Of a stretch of DNA of 64,000 nt, positions 27,230-37,100 are shown piece after piece (positions within the stretch are counted from its first letter, which is position 1; each line of letters starts with the position of its first letter). The stretch comes from Nitrosopumilus sp. Its GTDB lineage: Archaea > Thermoproteota > Nitrososphaeria > Nitrososphaerales > Nitrosopumilaceae. The position numbers and the translations under genes are program-made. Under the pieces are notes generated by a model. That model worked only from the letters and a program-made list of their open reading frames with translations. It was not told the DNA's origin and made no database searches. Location of the stretch: positions 1,984,001 through 2,048,000 of the forward strand of contig OZ240211.1 of NCBI GenBank assembly GCA_965197525.1, written 5' to 3'.

Positions 27230-28863
27230 ACATCTCTAAGATAGAGTCTTCTTTTACTCCAACTCTGAACAAAAAATGTTCTGTTGCAAAAAAGGGTATG
27301 GTATCGTCTGCGTTTCCTAATGCTACAAAGGCAGGAGTTGAGATGCTAAAAAAAGGAGGCAACGCAGTTGATGCAGCATGCGCAGTAGCCTTGACGTTGG
27401 GCGTGTGCGAACCTCAGGCATCAGGAATTGGTGGCCAATCCATGGGAATAATACATATGAATAACAAATCATATGCAATTGATGGTTCTAGTCGTTCACC
27501 GTCCCTTGCACACTCGTCTATGTATAAAAATAAGAAAAATCGCTATCTTGGGTACAAGTCAACAACAATTCCCAGTACAATATCTCTGATTGGATTCCTG
27601 CATGAACATTATGGGAGGCTCGAATGGCAAAAGATAGTCGCACCATCAATTAGGATTGCAAAAAAGGGGTACAAGATCACTTTGCTTCAGAACCACCTGC
27701 AAAAGCAACAGCTAGAAAACTTTCTTTTGATTCCTTCAAAGTCAGGTGCCAAATATTTCCTCAAAGAAGGCGTTGTTCCATACGATGTTGGGGATAGATT
27801 CATTCAAGATGATTTAGCAGATACTCTGAGCACAATATCTGAATTAGGTTATCGTGTGTTTTATCATGGGAGTATTGCAAAAAAGATTGCTAAAGACATG
27901 AAAGACAACCGCGGTCTTATTAGAGAGGAAGATTTGTCATACGCCCCTGAACCTATATTGCAACCGCCGATCAGTAGAAAGTACCGACATCTTCTCGTAG
28001 TTACTCTGCCCCCTCCTGCTGCGGGCAGTACATTGTTACTTACATTGATGATGTTAAATCACCTACCCTCAAGGTTTTTGCGTAGTTCGAATCCAAGCTC
28101 ATATCATTTTGTCGCAGAGACCTTTAGAAAGGCATTATTGCACAGAGCTCAAAACCCGTTTAATCGTCATACGTATGATCAATTTTCCACAAATAAACTG
28201 CATTTGCAAAGATCGTTTGCAAAACAGATTGCAGATTCCATCCATGATTCCATGGATGCTACATTGCCCATGATGAATCCGTTCTTTGGAGGTGGCGATG
28301 ACACAACGCATCTCTCAGTAATGGATGATGAAGGTAACGCTGTAGGTATTACCCAGTCAGTCGAACTTGCATATGGTTCAAAGGCAGCAGCCGATGGTTT
28401 GGGGTTTTTGTATAACAATTACATGTCAGCATTTGAATTTACAAACCCTAACCATCCATATTACATCAGACCAAATTCCATACCTTGGACTTCAGTCTCA
28501 CCTGCACTGATATTTAATGACTCTAAACTCTGGATGGTGGTAGGCAGTCCTGGAAGTCAGCGGATATTTTCATCTGTAACACAGTTTCTCTCAAGAATAA
28601 TTGACGGCGCCCTACCAATGAGTGATGCCATTGAACGTCCCCGATTTCACTGCTCTATAGGCGGAACAGTCAGTGTTGAGCAAGATGGATTTCGTAACGA
28701 AATAGTGGATTATCTTAAGGATATGGGCTATGATATCTCAATTAAGGACAGATACTCTTTTTATCACGGCGCAATTCATGCAACAATGAAGTTGCAAACT
28801 CTGGATGGTTTTCACGGGGTAGCTGAAGTGCGCAGAGACGGAACTGCTGAAGGTTTGAATTGA
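27226..28863 (+). CDS. ggt: Gamma-glutamyltransferase (Ntn hydrolase)
   Basis: GGNAVDAA, EPQASGIGG, DDTTHLSVMD (catalytic Thr), GFLYNN, GSPGS, PRFH; TTGA overlap with the upstream gene. Confidence 0.93.
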   Translation: MNISKIESSFTPTLNKKCSVAKKGMVSSAFPNATKAGVEMLKKGGNAVDAACAVALTLGVCEPQASGIGGQSMGIIHMNNKSYAIDGSSRSPSLAHSSMYKNKKNRYLGYKSTTIPSTISLIGFLHEHYGRLEWQKIVAPSIRIAKKGYKITLLQNHLQKQQLENFLLIPSKSGAKYFLKEGVVPYDVGDRFIQDDLADTLSTISELGYRVFYHGSIAKKIAKDMKDNRGLIREEDLSYAPEPILQPPISRKYRHLLVVTLPPPAAGSTLLLTLMMLNHLPSRFLRSSNPSSYHFVAETFRKALLHRAQNPFNRHTYDQFSTNKLHLQRSFAKQIADSIHDSMDATLPMMNPFFGGGDDTTHLSVMDDEGNAVGITQSVELAYGSKAAADGLGFLYNNYMSAFEFTNPNHPYYIRPNSIPWTSVSPALIFNDSKLWMVVGSPGSQRIFSSVTQFLSRIIDGALPMSDAIERPRFHCSIGGTVSVEQDGFRNEIVDYLKDMGYDISIKDRYSFYHGAIHATMKLQTLDGFHGVAEVRRDGTAEGLN

Positions 28864-29666
28864 TTATGCAACGTAAATTTGTAAAATCATCGCCGTTGCC
28901 AATTTTATTATCCATTCCGCATGGTGGATTAAAAAAACCATCCGAACTAGTTGATCATTTATGCATTACAGACAGGGATCTATTTGACGATTCTGACGCA
29001 TTTGTATTAGACATCTATGATGTGGGTGATACAGTCGCACGTGTAATTAAAAGTGATATTGCAAGAACCTTTGTTGATCTGAATCGTTCTATCAATGATA
29101 TGCCTCCTGCAAATCCTGACGGTTTAATTAAAACTTCCACATGCTATTTGAAACCCATCTATCTTGATGGCATGGAACCCTTTGATGACTTGAGGCGCCA
29201 ATTGGTTCATTCCTACTATATGCCGTATCATAGAGAGATTCAAAAAAGTCTAAAAGAATTTGATTTACAATTATGCATTGATTGCCATTCCATGGCATCA
29301 GTTGCACCTGATATATCACCTGACAGGTATGATGATCCTGCAAGACCTCTGTTCTGTCTGTCAAACAATCGTGGACAGACATCAACACCACAGATGCTTG
29401 AATTGTTAGCTGAATGTATATCTGAATCTTTCGGTGTTGACAAATCTGATATTGTACTGAACTCTCCATTTTTAGGGGGTCATATAACTAGAACATATGG
29501 CAATAATCCCGTTCCTTGGATTCAAGTAGAAATGAATCAGGCGATGTATCTTAACACGCCTTGGTTTGATGCAGACACCATGCATATTGATTCAAAACAT
29601 ATTACGAAATTAAACAAGCAGTTTGAATCCTCGCTTGTCATGTATTGTGACCGTTGCGATTTCTGA
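28860..29666 (+). CDS. N-formylglutamate amidohydrolase family protein
   Basis: LSIPHGG, FVDLNR, YYMPYH, IDCHSM, FLGGHIT, IQVEMN; TTGA overlap with ggt. Confidence 0.9.
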   Translation: MIMQRKFVKSSPLPILLSIPHGGLKKPSELVDHLCITDRDLFDDSDAFVLDIYDVGDTVARVIKSDIARTFVDLNRSINDMPPANPDGLIKTSTCYLKPIYLDGMEPFDDLRRQLVHSYYMPYHREIQKSLKEFDLQLCIDCHSMASVAPDISPDRYDDPARPLFCLSNNRGQTSTPQMLELLAECISESFGVDKSDIVLNSPFLGGHITRTYGNNPVPWIQVEMNQAMYLNTPWFDADTMHIDSKHITKLNKQFESSLVMYCDRCDF

Positions 29667-29920
29667 CTGTATGGTATTGCAGCTGAATCGTCTACTTGGG
29701 ATATTGTTGTATACGATATCTGTGATGATTATGGTGCCTCTGACTAGGAATAGTAGCCATGACCGTGGTCTCAAATGGCATTTACTGGCAAATATCGGGG
29801 GTCTGATGTCCTATATTCGCACTGCACTGTGCCAGAAACCACACCTCTTCTCAAATTTTAGGCTGGGTTTCTCTGGATTTCATAGTATCATTTTTAACGT
29901 ATTTCTAATATTGAGTAATT

Positions 29921-30088
29921 ATGGGTTTGTTTAGTCGTAAAAAAGATCAAGATACGAAGACCAAATGTGACGTATGTGGGACAGAGTTACACGATCCCGA
30001 GCGCCTCAAAAGACACATGAAAAAGGCGCACGGCAATGTACCTGCAAAAAAATTAGATCCCAATGCAGGTGATGGCGGAACTTGGTAA
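29921..30088 (+). CDS. Small C2H2 zinc-finger protein below the ORF cutoff
   Basis: Hand translation: MGLFSRKKDQDTKTKCDVCGTELHDPERLKRHMKKAHGNVPAKKLDPNAGDGGTW*. Confidence 0.8.
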   Translation: MGLFSRKKDQDTKTKCDVCGTELHDPERLKRHMKKAHGNVPAKKLDPNAGDGGTW

Positions 30089-30109
30089 TCATACTAGTAG
30101 CAGTGGCAA

Positions 30110-30403
30110 GTGAGGATAATAGGATTGGAGATAAGCTCTAGTCAAAAAGCGGTCCTAGTATTTGGAGGTGCCTTTGTTGTTGCAGGGGTTGTTTTGTCAA
30201 CTGTTGTTTTCCCTTTCTGGAATCTTATACGTGAGGATGTCTTTGAAGATGTTGTAATCTTGACCAATGACAATGGTACATGCTATGTTGAGACCCTTGA
30301 TGATATTCCAAAAACCATTGATAACTGTACTCTTAATACAGGTGACAATGCTACTATCCGGTACGGCGAAGGTCTTGCCTGGGGCACAATCATCTTACCA
30401 TAA
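30110..30403 (+). CDS. Membrane-anchored hypothetical protein
   Basis: One TM segment, then a beta-rich domain with two Cys. Confidence 0.7.
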   Translation: MRIIGLEISSSQKAVLVFGGAFVVAGVVLSTVVFPFWNLIREDVFEDVVILTNDNGTCYVETLDDIPKTIDNCTLNTGDNATIRYGEGLAWGTIILP

Positions 30404-30432
30404 TAGTTAATATCGCTTTATTCCTAAATGAT

Positions 30433-30858
30433 ATGATGGATTGTATATTTTGCAAAATTGTATCAGGTGAAATTTCTTCTAAATTTCTCAAAGAGACTGC
30501 CCATTCTGTATCACTTCTTGATGCGTATCCTCTTGCCCGAGGACACACACTTGTTATTCCTAAAAAGCACCACCAAAAAGTCCAAGATATGTCTGATGTC
30601 GAGAATACTGATCTGTTCTTACTTGTATCTGAGATGGCATCCAAAGTAGATACCATGACTGGTTCTTCTACCCTGATTGCCATTCACAACGGCAAGCAAG
30701 CGGGGCAAGAGATTCCTCATGTCCATGTACACCTAGTTCCTAGAAGTGATGACGATGCTGCAGGTCCGATTCATAGCATGTTTGATGCCTCTCCACTAAA
30801 TCTGTCACAATCCGAGTCTGATCATCTGTATGATAAACTCAATTTAATGAGGGAATAA
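30433..30858 (+). CDS. HIT family nucleotide hydrolase
   Basis: DCIFCKI, GHTLVIPKKH, GQEIPHVHVHLVP histidine triad. Confidence 0.95.
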   Translation: MMDCIFCKIVSGEISSKFLKETAHSVSLLDAYPLARGHTLVIPKKHHQKVQDMSDVENTDLFLLVSEMASKVDTMTGSSTLIAIHNGKQAGQEIPHVHVHLVPRSDDDAAGPIHSMFDASPLNLSQSESDHLYDKLNLMRE

Positions 30859-31542
30859 CTTTTCATTTGTCTGCACATTCTCTACCCTGATTGCTTTTGT
30901 AGGGCACGTCTCTGCAGCATTCATTATCTTGTTAATTCCTTCACCTTTTTGGTTGATAACTGTTGATTTGGGGTTTGCCTTGGCACTCTTGTCAATCTCG
31001 AAAACACCGGGTGCGATAATCTCACAGCTGCAACAGCCAATACACAAACTTTTATCCACACCTACCAAAAGATCCGGCTGAGTCTTTGGCTCCTGTGCTT
31101 TGTCATATTCTCCATTCTTGCCATCAGCGCGTGCACGGGCATTATACTCCTCCCAAAATTTTCTCTCATACTCTTTCCAAAAGTTTGGATCTCCTTCCTC
31201 AAACTCTCGGGTGTATTTTCCCCAATCCTGTTGTGGGATATCTTCGTCATCTTGAGGGGCACCCCATTGCGAGTTTCTTCTAAAGTTGGTTTTTGGGTTT
31301 TTTTGAGTTGTATCTTTTTGTGTTGGATTGTTCCTATTACTACTATTACCTATTTCACTGTAATTTTTTTTGAGATGGTTGTATGCTTCTGTAATTCTCT
31401 TGAATTCGGCATCATCTTCAGCCTTGTCCTGATTTCTGTCCGGATGTACCTCTAATGCCATCTTTCTATATGCTGCCTTTATCTCGTCTTGAGATGAACT
31501 AGAGTCAACATTCAAAACTCGGAGTGCCTGATACGTATTCAC
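30844..31542 (-). CDS. DnaJ-ferredoxin fusion (J domain plus Fer4)
   Basis: AYRKMALEVHPDR J domain; CIGCCSC ... AAETCPTKAI ferredoxin. Confidence 0.92.
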   Translation of the reverse strand: MNTYQALRVLNVDSSSSQDEIKAAYRKMALEVHPDRNQDKAEDDAEFKRITEAYNHLKKNYSEIGNSSNRNNPTQKDTTQKNPKTNFRRNSQWGAPQDDEDIPQQDWGKYTREFEEGDPNFWKEYERKFWEEYNARARADGKNGEYDKAQEPKTQPDLLVGVDKSLCIGCCSCEIIAPGVFEIDKSAKANPKSTVINQKGEGINKIMNAAETCPTKAIRVENVQTNEKLFPH

Positions 31543-31605
31543 TACATAGTGTTGTTTCTCGTATATTAAAAATAATTCCCTAATCTTTCAATGTTTTACC
31601 AATTT

Positions 31606-31971
31606 TTAGAGTAAAATCTCGTCATCCTGTCTCCATGCAGGCTGCACAATGCATAAAAATTTCAGATTCTCAGAACCTGTATTCACTATGAACTGTCTGG
31701 AGTTTGGCAGGATATACACTCCATCACCCTTCTTGACATGCTGTGTCTCACGGTTGACGGTTAAATCTCCACTGCCATCGAGGATATAGTATATCTCAGA
31801 TGATCTTACCATCCTGTGAGGCTTGGTCCTCTTTGATGGTTCTAGTGTGAATTGGGCTATACTGTAATTGATTCCATTTGACGTGTTCTCTGGACTAAAA
31901 TACTGTTTTATTCTTGTTCCTTCTTGTCCTTGAATGTCTTTTATCTGGGAATTTTTACGTACTAGTGTCAT
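31606..31971 (-). CDS. Cupin domain protein
   Basis: TKPHRM..SEIYYILDGSG, KGDGVYILP. Confidence 0.88.
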   Translation of the reverse strand: MTLVRKNSQIKDIQGQEGTRIKQYFSPENTSNGINYSIAQFTLEPSKRTKPHRMVRSSEIYYILDGSGDLTVNRETQHVKKGDGVYILPNSRQFIVNTGSENLKFLCIVQPAWRQDDEILL

Positions 31972-31974
31972 TCT

Positions 31975-32430
31975 CTAGATGATCTTTGTAACCATGCTCT
32001 TAAAATCTGATTCATACCACTCTGTTTTGTATACTGCATTCTTTTTTGGCAGAATGTTAATTGCAATATGTGAAAACTCGACATCTTTTTTAATCGATCC
32101 ATGTGTATGAAGCGTCTTTGCTGGAATATGCACAACATCCCCTTTGTTGATGGTTATCTTGTCAGTTCTCTTGATCTTAAATTCAGTCTTGTTTTTTCCA
32201 TATCTTCTAAAAATTTCTAGGCTTCCATTCCCTTTGACTCCAATCAACACTTGTCCACCGTCATGGTAGTGCAGTTTTGTTCTTGATCCTTTTTGAAAAT
32301 GTACATGATACATATCCTGACTATCTAATTTTATCTTTCCAGATAGTACCTTCATCCATGTCTTTGATGTAAACCAATCTGGGTTTACATCTCTTTTGTC
32401 GTTTGTACCTTCAATGTTTGTCTTTTTCAT
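31975..32430 (-). CDS. Cupin domain protein
   Basis: TKLHYHDGGQVL, GDVVHIPAKTLHTHGS. Confidence 0.88.
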   Translation of the reverse strand: MKKTNIEGTNDKRDVNPDWFTSKTWMKVLSGKIKLDSQDMYHVHFQKGSRTKLHYHDGGQVLIGVKGNGSLEIFRRYGKNKTEFKIKRTDKITINKGDVVHIPAKTLHTHGSIKKDVEFSHIAINILPKKNAVYKTEWYESDFKSMVTKII

Positions 32431-32668
32431 TATTGATTCACCTGTCTGTCTTTTGACCGTAATTTTATGGACGTTATCATATTTGATCTTCTCACTTGGT
32501 TTCTATTTTTATAGAATATTTAGGTTTAGCGTATTACATGCAGCAGTATCTCTACACGTGTTTTATTCTGTCTATCGTTTTTATGGACGTTATGCTACTG
32601 GTGTATTTTTTCTGTCTTGTTATTTTTTGAATGTTTGTTGAGTATGGTAATTTCATATTCTTATGGCT

Positions 32669-33490
32669 TTATAATTTTACCAGTCTTCTAAACTCTGCAT
32701 TATCGTATAGTTTTTCAAAAATAGGCTCTTCTTTTGCCCAGTTTCTGATTGTTTTTGGCTCTTTTGATACTGATTGTTTTAGCAACTCTAATGCTTGCGG
32801 ATATCTGCCTAGTGCCGCACTACTGCGTGATTTTGCATAAATAATGTTTACATTATTTTTGTACTTTGATAAGATCTTATCAAATATCTCTATTGCTTTC
32901 TCATGTTTGCCTAGTTCTGCTAACTCTATTCCTTTGTGAAAGAATGCATCCATGTGACTAGGATGTTTTCTGTACACCTGTTCAAAACAATTCAGTGCTT
33001 CTTCATGCCTTTTCATTTTGCCTAAAATTATGCCTTTATAAAATAACGCGTTTGGTTTTCTTGGATCTATTGTAATGGCTTTTTCTAAAACTTGTATTGC
33101 CTCTTCGTTTTCTCGAAGTTTGTCTAATAACACTCCTTTGTTAAAATACGCTGATGCATTCTTTGGGTTAGCATCTATTGCCTTGTCATAGCATTCAGCT
33201 GCTGCTTGAATATTCCCGTTCTCTGCCATTGCAATTCCTTTGTTGTTGTATGCTTGGGAATCTTTTGGGTTTATGTCTATTACCTTGTCAAAACACGTAA
33301 TTGCGTCACTGTATTTTTTGATGCTGTTTAGCGCAAGGCCTTTGCTAAACAATACTGAACTGTTCTCTGGCTCTTGTTTTAGCACTTTGTTGTATAGTGA
33401 GATGGCCCCCTTTGGCTGATTCCTCTCCATCAGAGATGTTGCGTTATACATCAAATCCTCTACATTCTCTTTTGAGCCAAATAATCCCAT
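32669..33490 (-). CDS. Tetratricopeptide repeat protein
   Basis: About seven 34-aa repeats (KG..L..L...EEA...YDKAI..DP). Confidence 0.92.
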   Translation of the reverse strand: MGLFGSKENVEDLMYNATSLMERNQPKGAISLYNKVLKQEPENSSVLFSKGLALNSIKKYSDAITCFDKVIDINPKDSQAYNNKGIAMAENGNIQAAAECYDKAIDANPKNASAYFNKGVLLDKLRENEEAIQVLEKAITIDPRKPNALFYKGIILGKMKRHEEALNCFEQVYRKHPSHMDAFFHKGIELAELGKHEKAIEIFDKILSKYKNNVNIIYAKSRSSAALGRYPQALELLKQSVSKEPKTIRNWAKEEPIFEKLYDNAEFRRLVKL

Positions 33491-33612
33491 GGTCTATCTA
33501 CACCGTGTATTCAATGCTATCTTTATTGCTAATGAAAGTTTGGTTTATAATCACTCTTTTGTCCCGTCGCATACTCATCATAGCAATCATTGCTGTCATC
33601 ATTCTCATATTA

Positions 33613-33762
33613 TCACTCTTCTCCTTCTCCCAACGCCTTGAATTTTTTGATAGCCTCTTTTGCCATCTCTTCTTGTTCTTTAGCTGTCGTGTCTACTGTG
33701 GGATCTTCGGTGGCATATGCCTCTTTGTTGTCTTTTTTCTTCTCTCCTCCTCCTATTTCCAT
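33613..33762 (-). CDS. Small charged protein below the ORF cutoff
   Basis: Hand translation: MEIGGGEKKKDNKEAYATEDPTVDTTAKEQEEMAKEAIKKFKALGEGEE*; in-frame GTG at 33771 is an alternative start. Confidence 0.6.
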   Translation of the reverse strand: MEIGGGEKKKDNKEAYATEDPTVDTTAKEQEEMAKEAIKKFKALGEGEE

Positions 33763-34022
33763 ACCATCCACTATAATTCATTTTATAAAAATCATTTTTG
33801 TTTGGTCGGGATCCCACAGACTAGCAACGCTGTAAAAGGTTAGGTCGTGTGCCTATCAATCTGCATCTCACACTGAGAACGTAACCTCTTACGCAACGCT
33901 AGCCTTAAATTTTATATAGATATCATATGATGTTACCATATGTTTGCTAGAAGCAATACTGTCAGTAGTAATTCTAATAATGTACAAGCCGAGGTTTTGG
34001 ATGTTTTTGACACATTTGCAAA

Positions 34023-34129
34023 GATTGTGCATTTTAAGCCTAATTGTAACGTGGGGGGGGGGTGTGTGTTCAAAACCAAATTGGAAGAACCGATTTGCAA
34101 TGATTGTGCATTTTAAGCCTAATTGTAAC
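34023..34129 (+). repeat. 28-bp direct repeat flanking a G10 homopolymer at the start of the giant surface-protein gene
   Basis: GATTGTGCATTTTAAGCCTAATTGTAAC at 34023-50 and 34102-29; G10 at 34053-62. Confidence 0.9.
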
Positions 34130-37100
34130 ACAGCATACACGCTTGCCATCCTCATACTAACGATACTGACAATCCTTGCAGTGTCAGGATCTATACAACA
34201 TGTCGACGAGTCCGGTCAGGCCATAGTACTTAATCCAAAATCGTACCCGCAGGTAGGTGGTCATTGGACAGTGGATCTTGACCTATCTAGTGGTGGGAAT
34301 CTCGTAGTTACAGCTGTCGATGGCACATACTTTGGAGATGACATTGGGTTTGCTCGCATGTATGGCCAAGACAACGCAGACGCGCAACCGTCATACCAAG
34401 ATGACGGCACGGTGCGATTTGACGACATTGCTGCAGGATCGTGGCATTTTGAGGTGGTAGTATACACAGCTGGAAGACACGACATGATATTCAAGTTGGG
34501 TGACAGTACTGCACATGCAAGCAACAATGCGCTGATACCCGGAGCGTTTGTCACCACATGGAAGACTACTTCTGCAAACGAGGAGATAACTATCCCCATA
34601 CGCCCGTCCTCCTCAGGTAATTATATTGTTACATGGGGTGACGGCAACGCCACCACACATACAGGTCATGCCACCCATACGTACGTTGGGGCAGGCAACC
34701 ACACCATCAGTGTATCTGGTAACAACCTTGCCATGCACTTGTCCGATGACCCAAGTAATGCGGCAAAACTCGTATCAATAGACCAGTGGGGAGACGTACA
34801 ATGGAAGTCTATGACTCGCGCGTTTTATGGAGCGTCAAACATGATATACAACGCCGTCGACGTGCCGAATCTCTCGGACGTGAGGGACATGTCATATATG
34901 TTCGCCTCTGCACCATTGTTTGACGGCGACCTCTCCGAGTGGGACGTCTCGGACGTGAGGAATATGAGTTACATGTTCTGGGAAGCTCAGTCCTTTAACG
35001 GAAACATCTCAACTTGGGACGTCTCGAGAGTGACTAATACAAGAAACATGTTCCAAGGCACCACCATCTTCAACGGCAACCTTTCTGCTTGGGACGTGTC
35101 GCGTGTCACCGACATGGGAGGCATGTTCCACCGCACTCCTGTCTTTAACAGCGACATCTCTGGGTGGGACGTATCGAACGTGAAATCCATGGGATATCTG
35201 TTCAAGAACGCCTACGACTTCAATAGCGACATCTCCGACTGGGACGTATCGCGCGTCACCAACATGGAGCGCCTGTTCAGCTTTGCCTACGACTTCAATA
35301 GCGACATCTCTGCCTGGGACGTGTCGCACGTCACCAACATGCAAGGCACGTTCAATCATGCAGACTCATTTACCGGTGATATCTCCGACTGGGACGTATC
35401 GCGCGTAACCAATATGAGCTACATGTTCTGGGAAAATCAAGCCTTCAACGGCAACATCTCCGACTGGGACGTATCGCGTGTAACTGACATGAGCTGGATG
35501 TTTGACCGTACTCACGTATTCAATGGCAACATCTCCGACTGGGACGTATCGCGCGTCACCAACATGGACGCCATGTTCAGAGGTGCTACCGCCTTTGACA
35601 ACGATCTGTCTGGATGGGACATATCGAGTGTAACCAACATGAAAAGCATGTTCTTAAACGCCCCCGTCTTTAACAGCAACATCTCCAACTGGGACGTCTC
35701 TAACGTCGAGTCCATGAATCAAATGTTCAAAGGTGCCCAGAACTTCAACAGTGATATCTCCGACTGGGATGTATCGAGTGTAACTGACATGGAAGGCATG
35801 TTCAACGAAGCCTTTAAATTCAAGCAAAACTTGGGCGACTGGTACGTAGTGCTAAACAACACCGCGGTAAATATCGACGACGTTCCAGGAGTAATCGGAA
35901 CTATATCTGCGCAAAACCTGTATCTTGGCGGCCAGAACGTGACGTACGGGATAGGAACCGATGGCAATTCGACTTTATTTGAGATTGCAGACGACACCGG
36001 TCTGAGCATGACCGTATCGCCGACTAATTCTGCCTACACAGTCAACATAACATCCACCGGTTCCTTCGGCACCACCAACCACCGCGTCTACACCATAACG
36101 GTACCCGCAGGTCCTACCAACCCGGTGCCTGTCACCTCGATTACCTCCGGGGATGAAGTCAACGGCAAGACCTATGACAATCTTCAATCCCCATACTTCA
36201 TCACTACCGTCAAAATCGGCTCCGGGACGTACGCGCTAGTCACGGCATCCAGTGGTGGCAGCGGCGTCCAGATAATCGACATCACGGATCCGGCCAACCC
36301 TGTGCCGGAATCGTCGTTTGATGATGATGATACTGTCACAGTCGACGATGTTAGCATGACCTTTGACAAGCTTTACGGCTCCCAAGGCATCGCCACGACC
36401 ACTATCGGCTCCAGCACGTACGCGATAGTTGCCGCATTTAAAGAACATGGCGTCCAGATAATCGACATCACGAATCCTGCCAGCCCCGTGCCAGTAGCAT
36501 CGTTTGGTGACGGGGACACTGTCACAGTCAACGGCGTCAACAAAACATTTGACAAGCTTGAAGGTGCGTTTGGCATCGCCATGGCCACGATCGGCTCCAG
36601 CACGTACGCGCTGGTCTCGACATATACTGACGACGGCGTCCAGATAGTCAACATCACGAATCCTGCCAGCCCCGTGCCAGTAGCATCGTTTGGTGACGGG
36701 GACACTGTCACAGTCAACGGCATCAACAAGACGTTTGACAAGCTTGACGGCGGGGAAGGCATCGCCACGGTCACGATCGGTACCGGCACGTACGCGCTGG
36801 TTACAGGATACTACAGCAATGGCGTCCAGATAATCGACATCACGGATCCGGCCAACCCCGTACCTGCCGCCTCGTTTGGTGACGGGGGCAGAGTCAGCGG
36901 GGTCAGCAAAACCTTTAATGAACTCCGAGGTGCCAACGGCATCACCACCGTCACGATCGGTACCGGCACGTACGCGCTGGTCACGGCATTTGATGATGAC
37001 GGCGTCCAGATAATCGACATCACGGATCCGGCCAACCCCGTGCCTGCCGCCTCGTTTGGTGACGGGGACACCATCGGCGGCAAGACATTTGACAAGCTTG

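Noticed and set aside
29623-29934. 103-aa ORF between the amidohydrolase and the zinc-finger gene
   Set aside because: Overlaps both neighbours out of frame, has a weak start and no motif; treated as spurious.
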